Origin: Candidatus Saccharimonadota bacterium
GTDB taxonomy: Bacteria; Patescibacteriota; Saccharimonadia; Saccharimonadales; JAXHMH01
DNA: 64,000 bases
Reading direction: 5' to 3'
Assembly: GCA_034521515.1 (NCBI GenBank)
Contig: JAXHMH010000002.1
Span: 88,379 to 152,378 of the forward strand
Positions 17,796 through 25,861 of this stretch are shown here, piece by piece. The position numbers and the translations under genes were made by a program. The notes beneath the pieces were generated by a model, which did not search any database, was not told the DNA's origin, and saw nothing but the letters and a program-made list of their open reading frames with translations. Within the stretch, counting starts at the first letter, position 1, and each line of letters begins with the position of its first letter.

Positions 17796-18410
17796 ACTAT
17801 TTCCAAGACCAGGTCCTGGAAATAGTCTACTGCTGCGAAGGCCGGGAGAATCAAATACCCTGTTACTTTTTGTCCGCTAAAAAGTAACCAAAAACCTCGT
17901 CACGGCTGAAAAAACAAGAGTACGAAGCAGCACTGGTTGGCCGCGCCGGCAGAACGACAAGCGGCTCCGCCAGTTTTTCTAGTTACTTTGGCGGAGCTTG
18001 ACTACCGGCTTGACTCGTCCAACCAGCACTCCTTCGCTTCTGTTTTTCAGATGTGACCCTCATTAGTTGTGTTCTTTTTAAAGAACACATAATTAACCGG
18101 AATGGCGAAGCCATTCCGGGGTCTGGCTCTGCAAAGTCCTGACTAGATGTTGTGTAAAAGAGGCGCCCTTGGGCGCGAGAGCTGTCTGACCCCTCACCAC
18201 TCTCGAAAGAGATGGTGAGGGGGAGTTCCGACAGCATTCCCTTTTTGCCTGCCACCAGGCAAAGCCTGCTGCGCCGCAAAAAGAGACGAACCAGCGAGCC
18301 TGTTTTAGACAACAGATAGATCAAGAGTTTGCAGTCGCCAGTCGGTTCTTTGCATACTTTCTTGCGACCAAGAAAGTATGGCGCATACGGGTCGCCTCGG
18401 CGACCGGCGC
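17796..18410. ncRNA. candidate large (~615 nt) highly structured RNA of unknown class
   Basis: At least 11 local hairpins and 2 long-range helices (details in findings). This is the largest non-coding gap in the window, and the only ORF in it (17983..18423) is compositional junk. The strand is unresolved. Confidence 0.5.
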
Positions 18411-18513
18411 AACAGTTATCCAAACAAAATTCGTATTACAATACATATCTATTGAGAATCATGTTATATCAAATATAAAAATGTGTTTTAGTTGAATTAC
18501 GTAATTGTTGGAA

Positions 18514-19719
18514 TTACTGTAACTGCTGCTTAGCGGCGTCGAGTTGTGGATCACGATCAGCCTCAAAATCGTCTTGAGTTAATTCAACCGTTTGATCGGG
18601 CTCTATGCCCTCCTTATCTATATTTCTGCCATCCGGCGTAAACCAACGTGCGATCGTAACTTTTAGTTGAGCACCTCCGCTTAATCGCACTAGACGCTGT
18701 ACGCTACCCTTACCATAGGTTTGTTCGCCGATAATGGTCGCCAACTCGTAGTCCTGTAAAGCACCGGCCACAATTTCGCTCGCACTCGCACTACCCTCGT
18801 TCAGCAATACAACCGTTGGCACGTCACGCAACAAAGCTGAGCCCTCGGAGCGGAATGTCTTGACTACGACATCCTCTCGTTTTTCTTCTAGAACCGTCTC
18901 GCCGTTCTCTACCCAAAGACCTGCTAAACTGACCGAGGCGTCCAGTAATCCTCCAGGGTTGTTGCGTAGATCAAGTATCACACCCTCAACGCCGACACTA
19001 CGGAACTTTTCGGCAGCCTCTTGTACCAACCTTTCGGTATCATTGCCAAACCGACTCACTTTCAAATAGCCTATACCGTCAGTTACTTCGGATTCAACAC
19101 TCGGAATAACTATTTTGTCACGGGTTATTGTCAACTCCAGCTGTTTTGATTGCTCACGGATGATTGTTAGCGTTACGTCGGTACCTTCTGGCCCACGGAT
19201 TTTACTTACTGCCTCGCTTACAGAAATATCGTAAGCGTTTTCGCCGTCTATCTCGGCTACAATATCTTGAGCGCGAAGGCCGGCTGCTTCTGCAGGAAAA
19301 CCCGAAATGGGTGCCACGATAGTTATATAGTTATCTTCACTCTTGCTAAGCTCAGCACCAATACCGGTAAATGTCCCGGAAAGCCCTTCTTCAAAATCAG
19401 CCGACTCTTCAGCATCCAAATATTCCGTGTAAGGATCACCCGTCGCTCCAGCCAAGCCTTCTTTGAGTCCGTCCATGAGTTCATCAAGTTCAAGCTGTCC
19501 GTCGTAATTATTACGTAGTGATGAGTACAAATCTTGTACCTCATTCATGTCAAGCGAATCTGGTAAATCTTGGTTGGTACTTATGGGATCAACTGATGAT
19601 AGATTGAATTGCAGTGTTCCGTTTCCAACCAAAAACCCCAAAGAAAAAATAACTACAACTACAAAAATTGATTTTGCCCAGCTCGGCACTGTAATAGAAT
19701 TGCGCGATCCACGCCCCAT
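18514..19719 (-). CDS. S41 family C-terminal processing peptidase with PDZ domain
   Basis: N-terminal TM anchor, PDZ (GFPAEAAGLRAQDIVAEIDG), and catalytic region LLNEGSASASEIVAGALQD. Confidence 0.85.
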   Translation of the reverse strand: MGRGSRNSITVPSWAKSIFVVVVIFSLGFLVGNGTLQFNLSSVDPISTNQDLPDSLDMNEVQDLYSSLRNNYDGQLELDELMDGLKEGLAGATGDPYTEYLDAEESADFEEGLSGTFTGIGAELSKSEDNYITIVAPISGFPAEAAGLRAQDIVAEIDGENAYDISVSEAVSKIRGPEGTDVTLTIIREQSKQLELTITRDKIVIPSVESEVTDGIGYLKVSRFGNDTERLVQEAAEKFRSVGVEGVILDLRNNPGGLLDASVSLAGLWVENGETVLEEKREDVVVKTFRSEGSALLRDVPTVVLLNEGSASASEIVAGALQDYELATIIGEQTYGKGSVQRLVRLSGGAQLKVTIARWFTPDGRNIDKEGIEPDQTVELTQDDFEADRDPQLDAAKQQLQ

Positions 19720-19803
19720 GAAAACCCTCCGTTTTTGTCAATATGTGCCTATTATTATGGCACACCTACGCCTAACTTTCCGCAATAAATACGACTTTAT
19801 ACG

Positions 19804-20982
19804 TTATCGATAATACGTATTGTAATTACACTCCGATGGACCGCCAGCCATATGAGCATATACACTTACATGACCGTCTGAGTGTTGAACAATAGCCACA
19901 TAACCATACGCGTTACTTACCGTGCCTAGCATTTGATCAGAGCAACCTCGGTAAAGATAGCCATCATCAATAGAGTACACAGCGCCATTACCTGGAGCAT
20001 AATCTATCCCGCCATGATATCCCGAAGCGTAAAGACTCCAAGGGTTCCCGTAGCTTTGTGTGATAGCTACTGGGTTTACAGGCTGATGTTTGATGTATGG
20101 CGCCGGATTAACCGTCGAACCGTTCACGCGCACCTCTAAGTGCAGGTGAGCGCCTGAAGACAACCCCGTACTACCAACCTCTCCAATTATGTCGCCTCTA
20201 CCTATGGGGCCAACCGGAGATGTTTTAAAGCTGCCACTGCTCAGCGCTGCCGCTAAGGCCGCTTCAGCTTTTCTGCGCTCAGCCTCAAGTTCGTTCACCA
20301 ACGCCTGATAACGAGCTTCCTCGCCCTTTGTTTTCTCAAGTAATCGTTGCTGTTGAGACCGGTTACTGGAAAGTTCCTGTCGTTGAAGGGTTTGCTTCTT
20401 CTTCAACTCCTCTTGATCACTCTTTTTTTCTTCAATGTCCTGTTTGAGTCGAATAACTTCTTCTGTTGATTCTTGTATACCCGCTTTGAGCCGCTCCAGA
20501 TACTCTTGTTCGTCAATAAATTGAGAAAAACTATCACTAGCTACCAGCAACTCCATGGTTGAAGCGCCGCCGCGTTTGTACAAAGCCTTCATGTTTGATT
20601 CAAGTAACCCTTTTTGTCGTTCAAGCTCTTTCTCTGCCTCATCAAGTTCTTTTTCCAACCTGGCTATATTGGTAGTTGTAAGTTCTATTCTTCTTTGGAC
20701 TTGCGTAATTTGCTCGTCTAGCTCGGATACCGCTTCTTCTAATGATTCTGCGGCATGGGCGTGTTCCTCAGCTTTTTCGCTAGCATCATTTATTCTCTGC
20801 TCAATTTGCCTGGCCTTCTCTTGTAAGTCATCCACCGATTGAGCGCGTAAAATAAAGTTAGTATTAAAAGGAAGACTGACTGCACTGATAAGAAACACAG
20901 TCAAGAGACCGCCAATAATAATTTTGTTCTGAAGAGTTTTGGTTTTCATTTTTTGTTTCTTGCTAAAAGTTAGCTTCAACAA
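19804..20982 (-). CDS. coiled-coil (EnvC/PcsB-like) protein with a circularly permuted M23/LytM peptidase domain
   Basis: Long coiled coil, then GEVGSTGLSSGAHLHLEVRVNG (normally the C-terminal M23 motif), then GYHGGIDYAPG...VAIVQHSDGHVSVYAHM (normally the N-terminal M23 motifs). Sits directly upstream of ftsX-ftsE. Start TTG 20982 or ATG 20949. Confidence 0.8.
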   Translation of the reverse strand: MLKLTFSKKQKMKTKTLQNKIIIGGLLTVFLISAVSLPFNTNFILRAQSVDDLQEKARQIEQRINDASEKAEEHAHAAESLEEAVSELDEQITQVQRRIELTTTNIARLEKELDEAEKELERQKGLLESNMKALYKRGGASTMELLVASDSFSQFIDEQEYLERLKAGIQESTEEVIRLKQDIEEKKSDQEELKKKQTLQRQELSSNRSQQQRLLEKTKGEEARYQALVNELEAERRKAEAALAAALSSGSFKTSPVGPIGRGDIIGEVGSTGLSSGAHLHLEVRVNGSTVNPAPYIKHQPVNPVAITQSYGNPWSLYASGYHGGIDYAPGNGAVYSIDDGYLYRGCSDQMLGTVSNAYGYVAIVQHSDGHVSVYAHMAGGPSECNYNTYYR

Positions 20983-21103
20983 AATGAATTATACCCTCCT
21001 CCATGTATTAAACACAAGGACTTTTCATTATAGATAAGCCTGAGCATTTCCACAAGCTTCTACATTGCCCCTTTAATTCTATGTGTGCAAAAAACCGGCC
21101 GCC

Positions 21104-22060
21104 CTACCACCGTTTCAACTTAAGATACTTTTCCATCGCTAGGCTACTTGAGAATATACCTACCAATATACCCAGCAAGATAGTACTGAAAAATATTGCA
21201 ATAATGGTTGTATACTCGGTAAAGAAGCTATGTGTCGCGGCAAATTCAGCCTGATTTTCCAGACCAGAACCAACCGAAAATATGAGCGAATACACTATGG
21301 CTGTAGCCGCTACACCGGCAATGACGCCGTAGATTGAGGCTTCAATCAAAAACGGCCCTCTTATATATCCCGGTGTTGCTCCGATTAGCTTCATGCTCCG
21401 GATTTCTTCAGAACGAGTGAAAATAGCGATACGTATAGTATTAAAGATAATAAGTACTGAGATAATTGTGAACACTGCCGCTGCCAAGATACTTGCCGTC
21501 GTAATAAAACGTTGCATTGATGCGGCTCGATCAATCGTCTTTTTGGCGTCGGTACGCCCAAGCGTAACACTCTCAACTACATTGTTGTATTGTTCCTGGT
21601 TTGCAATGTTGCCAACCTCTTCCAGCCGATTCAAGTCAGTTACGCTAATCTCATAAGACGCCGGTAAACTGTCGCCCCCGACTAAGGCCAACCCGGCTAA
21701 TAGCTCCGGATCATTCTCAAAACTTTGCAAGAAGCGCCGCTGAGCTTCATCTTTGGAGACAAACTCTACAGTATTAGTATGAGGATGTTCCTGTATAGCA
21801 CGCTCTAGCTCGGACTGGGTTGCAACTGGGGCATCATCTAGTAAATACACCGACACTTTAAGGTTACTGGATAGTTCACTGATAACACCTCGTGCCGTCA
21901 CATTCAAAACAACTGCCAATAAAATTATTGTAAGTGCGACCAACATAACGGCTATAGCAGCGACACTCAGCCACGCATTTCGGAACAAGTTTCGGCTGCC
22001 GGTCTTCACGATGCGACCGAATGTTACCAATTTGTGGTGTAACTTCTGTTCGTTTTTCAC
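21104..22060 (-). CDS. ftsX: cell-division permease-like protein FtsX
   Basis: 4-TM topology with a large extracytoplasmic loop, adjacent to ftsE. Confidence 0.85.
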   Translation of the reverse strand: MKNEQKLHHKLVTFGRIVKTGSRNLFRNAWLSVAAIAVMLVALTIILLAVVLNVTARGVISELSSNLKVSVYLLDDAPVATQSELERAIQEHPHTNTVEFVSKDEAQRRFLQSFENDPELLAGLALVGGDSLPASYEISVTDLNRLEEVGNIANQEQYNNVVESVTLGRTDAKKTIDRAASMQRFITTASILAAAVFTIISVLIIFNTIRIAIFTRSEEIRSMKLIGATPGYIRGPFLIEASIYGVIAGVAATAIVYSLIFSVGSGLENQAEFAATHSFFTEYTTIIAIFFSTILLGILVGIFSSSLAMEKYLKLKRW

Positions 22061-22078
22061 TGCACAGTCTCCATGGCG

Positions 22079-22756
22079 CTACCTATATTCCCCGCTAGCC
22101 TTATCACTAACGACTCGTCCGCCCTCAATCGCGACCACCCGGCGTTTAAGCTTGTTGACTATATCAAAATTATGCGTTGTTAGCAGTACGGTAGTACCAT
22201 ATCTATTAACCTTTTCGAGAACTCTTATCACGTCCCAGGCATGCTTTGGGTCAAGATTTCCAGTCGGCTCATCTGCTATCAAGATTTTGGGCTGCCGAAC
22301 CACGGCTCGAGCAATCGCCACACGTTGACGCTCGCCGCCAGACAATTCATCTGGCATACGATCTTCTTTACCTTTCAACCCAACAATATCCAACACGCGC
22401 GGAACGGTATGGTTGATTTCACTGTTCGTATGACCAACTATTTCTAATGCAAAAGCAATGTTTTCAAATACTGTCCGGTTCTGCAATAATCGAAAATCTT
22501 GAAACACCACGCCAATCTTCCGCCGTAGCAACGGGATATCTTTGTCTCGCAGCTTGTCATAATCAATACCGCCGATGACTATTTTTCCGCTGGATTGGCG
22601 CTCTTCACGTGTAAGCAACTTTAACAACGTAGACTTACCAGCACCGGATTTGCCAATAATAATAACGAACTCTTTGGGTTCAACGTGTAAGGATACCCTG
22701 TCAAGTGCCGTATTAGTCCGTCCGTACACTTTAGTAACTCTATCTAATAAGATCAT
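22079..22756 (-). CDS. ftsE: cell-division ATP-binding protein FtsE
   Basis: Walker A GKSGAGKST, signature LSGGERQR, Walker B ILIADEP. Confidence 0.9.
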   Translation of the reverse strand: MILLDRVTKVYGRTNTALDRVSLHVEPKEFVIIIGKSGAGKSTLLKLLTREERQSSGKIVIGGIDYDKLRDKDIPLLRRKIGVVFQDFRLLQNRTVFENIAFALEIVGHTNSEINHTVPRVLDIVGLKGKEDRMPDELSGGERQRVAIARAVVRQPKILIADEPTGNLDPKHAWDVIRVLEKVNRYGTTVLLTTHNFDIVNKLKRRVVAIEGGRVVSDKASGEYR

Positions 22757-22917
22757 TTACCTACCGATTCCTTAATCAATTTATTGCCTGTGCTGATACA
22801 ATTTCAAGCACCCAAATCGGACGAAATTTCTGCGACTTGTTGCTGTTACTCTGTCTATGACACTCAATTGCATCAACCCGATTCATCGCATCCATTATAG
22901 CAAACTAAGCGTGAGAA

Positions 22918-24009
22918 CTATGCATTATCCGCATAGGTCTGCTCTAGATAAGCATCGATGAACTGATCTATGTTGCCCGCAAGCACTGAATCCGGATCGC
23001 TGGATTCATGTTTGGTTCGCAAGTCTTTTACCTGTTTATACGGGTGCAAAACGTAACTGCGAATCTGATTACCCCAAGCTGCCTGTTCATTCGGACCTTT
23101 TAGTTCGGTTATTTTTTCAGCATGTTGCTCAACTTGTAATTGTGCAAGGCGGGATCGTAAAACCGTCATAGCAGTCTCCTTATTCTGTATCTGTGAGCGT
23201 TCGTTTTGTATGGCGACAACTATCCCTGTTGGGAGGTGAGTTATACGAACAGCAGAATCCGTTGTGTTGACACTTTGACCCCCTTTACCTCCGCTTCTGT
23301 ACACGTCGACCCTTAGGTCTTTTTCGTCGACCTCTACAGCGTCTGGTTCATCAATCTTTGGCAATACTTCAACTTTTGCAAAACTTGTTTGACGCAAATT
23401 ATCAGAGTTGAACGGGCTGAGCCTGACTAACCGGTGTACTCCGTCCTCTCCCTTGAGCTTTCCATAAACATATGCACCGCTCAACTCTAGAGTCGTGCTT
23501 TTAATACCGGCTTCGTCGCCAACCGACTCATCAATTACTTCAACCTGTACCTCATGGGCTTCTGCCCAGCGCGCATACATGCGCAATAGCATCTGAGCCC
23601 AATCTTGTGCATCAGTACCGCCGGCTCCAGCATGAATACTAACAATGGCATCGTGTTCATCATATCTGCCACTTAATTTTAACTCGTTTTTCATGACCTC
23701 GTACCGCGATGACAGTGCCGTAAATTTTTTTTGCAGTTCTGGCGATAAAGCCTCGTCACCTAACTCCGCCAGTTCCGCCAGTTCATGAACCTCTTGCTCT
23801 AATTCTTGCCACGGATTAATCTTGCGCTCCAGTTTAGCCTGTTGTTTCAGGTTAGTTTGCGCTGAAATATTGTCAGTCCAAAAATCTGGTTTTTGCGCTT
23901 TATCACGTAATTTTTGTAATTGCGCCTCTGCATCTTTAATCTGCAATTGACTAATCGCCTGCGATACATTGGAAACTAGGGCTTTGGATTGTTTTTGTAA
24001 CTCCTGCAT
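22918..24009 (-). CDS. prfB: peptide chain release factor 2 (uninterrupted frame)
   Basis: SPF tripeptide (RLSPFNS) and GGQ ([11 protein letters not shown]). The likely start is MQELQK at 24009; the track ORF extends to 24030. Confidence 0.9.
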   Translation of the reverse strand: MQELQKQSKALVSNVSQAISQLQIKDAEAQLQKLRDKAQKPDFWTDNISAQTNLKQQAKLERKINPWQELEQEVHELAELAELGDEALSPELQKKFTALSSRYEVMKNELKLSGRYDEHDAIVSIHAGAGGTDAQDWAQMLLRMYARWAEAHEVQVEVIDESVGDEAGIKSTTLELSGAYVYGKLKGEDGVHRLVRLSPFNSDNLRQTSFAKVEVLPKIDEPDAVEVDEKDLRVDVYRSGGKGGQSVNTTDSAVRITHLPTGIVVAIQNERSQIQNKETAMTVLRSRLAQLQVEQHAEKITELKGPNEQAAWGNQIRSYVLHPYKQVKDLRTKHESSDPDSVLAGNIDQFIDAYLEQTYADNA

Positions 24010-24030
24010 ATAGTAGGAGATTATAAACAA

Positions 24031-24399
24031 TTAAACCATTAAGAGATAGGCTACTAATACGCCAGTGATCACCAGCACTAAGACTGCAGCAATAATAAGC
24101 ATGCTTTTAGAACCGTGATGTTTTTCGCCTACCGACGATCCAGTAACTGGTTGGTTGGCAGCTGGTGTTTGCGGTTGCTGCTGTGCAGGATCCTGCACAG
24201 GCTGTTGCGGTTGTGGCGGAGTCTGCCCAGCTGGCGGCGTTGGTGGCGTAGCTGGTTGTGGGTTTTCTTGAGGAGCAGGCTGCTGCTCTGGCTGTGGTGG
24301 CGTTGGTGGCGTAGCTGGTTGTGCTGGCGGTTGAGGATCTCCGCTCGGTGTTGGTTCTTTTGGTGGTGTTGGCTGCTGTGGATTTTCGTTCGGATTCAT
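24031..24399 (-). CDS. proline-rich protein with C-terminal TM anchor
   Basis: PQQPTPPKEP... repeats (27-nt direct repeat 24232-24260 / 24297-24325), then MLIIAAVLVLVITGVLVAYLLMV. Confidence 0.55.
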   Translation of the reverse strand: MNPNENPQQPTPPKEPTPSGDPQPPAQPATPPTPPQPEQQPAPQENPQPATPPTPPAGQTPPQPQQPVQDPAQQQPQTPAANQPVTGSSVGEKHHGSKSMLIIAAVLVLVITGVLVAYLLMV

Positions 24400-24472
24400 A
24401 ATTATACCCTCTGCTTACCTTATAATACTGGTCAGTATAACTAGCATCATCGCTAAGCACAAGCGTTAGGCG

Positions 24473-25759
24473 CTATTGCCAAAGTACCTTTAACTTGCGA
24501 TGAAGCTCCTCAACAAACTCATCGCCGGCGTTGCCAAGTGCGCCCATACCCCAAGTTTTTTCTTTGAACATTTCTTGCGTAATGGCGACTATCCGGTTTT
24601 TAGACACTGCTTTGATTCTCTCCGGTAATTTGTAGTAATCATCAATCTCACCATCAAAGAAGTAACGACAACTATACCCCATTGCTGTGCCGGCAACGGT
24701 TTGCCCGCTCCGTTGATAACGGCCAATGGCGTACTGCTTGGCTGCCGTAACATCTGCGTCATTGAGCTCGCCGGCAAATACAGCGTGCAGTTCGTTAATG
24801 ATGATATCAAACAGTTTGTGGGCATTCTTTGGCATAACCTGTGAGCCAAACCACCAATTGCTCGACTCGCGCGTCTGGCCAAAGCCTGAGCTCATTCCAT
24901 AAACAAGACCTTGCTCCCGAGCACTACCCAGAATTCGTGAATAAAGTGTCTCGGTCAACATTGTATTTATTAGATGCAAAGCATCGCTTTCCGGGTCGCG
25001 CATCCGTCGGTGCATAAAGGTGTCGATATAAAAATACAGGTTATCGACTGTGTTATTTTTTAAGTACAGTGCATTTTCTAGCGAGTGCGGTGTTTCGTGC
25101 GGAAGCTCCAACCTACCATCACCTTTTGGCAGTTCAATTGCTCCAAGCAGTTGCCTGATTACTTTCCGGCGAGCAGGCGGCAGTTTCCCGGCAAATACAA
25201 ACCGTAAGTTACTGCTGGTGTGCGTTCTTTCGTAATGTGCGCGGAGATCATCTGGTTGTACGTTCTCCATAAGCTGCAATCGCTCCTGATCTGTTAGTAC
25301 TGAGAAGCCGTAAGCTTGACGAAGCGCGAGACTCAAGTGACGGAAATGACTGTTGGAGCGGGCGGTCAACTCTTCACGGACATTGCCAAACTCAGCCCTA
25401 AACTCTTCTTCTAAAAATAGTGGCTTAGTTATAGCAATCAAGAGTAGATCAAGCACCCGATCCCACTCAAAGTCGGCACACTCCGCTTCATAGGTAATAT
25501 CGTATGTGCCTGTGCTGGCATTATTATATGCACCGTTTTTCTCAAATTCTGCCTGAAATGTTCGAGCCTTAGGAATAAGCTCATTTGCTCCAAGCAGTAC
25601 ATGCTCCATCATATGGGGCGTTTCCCACTTATCTTTTTCTACGAGATACTCTCCGGCACGAAAATTCAGTTCATAAGTCATAACAGTGGCATCTGGTATA
25701 TGTACCAATAAACCCCGTGCACCGTTCGGTAAAACAATTTCTGTCGTATTATGCTTCAT
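24473..25759 (-). CDS. M16 (pitrilysin/insulinase) family zinc peptidase
   Basis: Inverted zinc motif HxxEH present as HMMEH. Confidence 0.8.
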   Translation of the reverse strand: MKHNTTEIVLPNGARGLLVHIPDATVMTYELNFRAGEYLVEKDKWETPHMMEHVLLGANELIPKARTFQAEFEKNGAYNNASTGTYDITYEAECADFEWDRVLDLLLIAITKPLFLEEEFRAEFGNVREELTARSNSHFRHLSLALRQAYGFSVLTDQERLQLMENVQPDDLRAHYERTHTSSNLRFVFAGKLPPARRKVIRQLLGAIELPKGDGRLELPHETPHSLENALYLKNNTVDNLYFYIDTFMHRRMRDPESDALHLINTMLTETLYSRILGSAREQGLVYGMSSGFGQTRESSNWWFGSQVMPKNAHKLFDIIINELHAVFAGELNDADVTAAKQYAIGRYQRSGQTVAGTAMGYSCRYFFDGEIDDYYKLPERIKAVSKNRIVAITQEMFKEKTWGMGALGNAGDEFVEELHRKLKVLWQ

Positions 25760-25861
25760 AAGAGACTACTACACTTTTTACTTACCACGCAAACCACGTG
25801 ACAATTAACTAACCCGTCTACAAGCCTACTATTAAAAGAAATAAACAATCGCTGCATAAAC

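Noticed and set aside
18135-18150. GCAAAGTCC resembling the RNase P RNA P4 motif GGAAAGUCC
   Set aside because: The matching 3' P4 strand (ACAGAA..CAGGCUUA type) is absent on the same strand, and no other conserved RNase P regions are visible.
17983-18423. 146-aa minus-strand ORF inside the pyrG/S41-peptidase spacer
   Set aside because: There is no SD, the composition is Arg/Cys/Ser-rich, and its codons simply translate consecutive hairpin arms. It is better explained as a by-product of a structured non-coding region.
22918-24030. Programmed +1 frameshift site expected in prfB
   Set aside because: The RF2 frame is continuous from MQELQK to the stop, with no in-frame UGA or CUU-UGA slippery site. 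This gene does not use the autoregulatory frameshift, which is true of a minority of bacteria.
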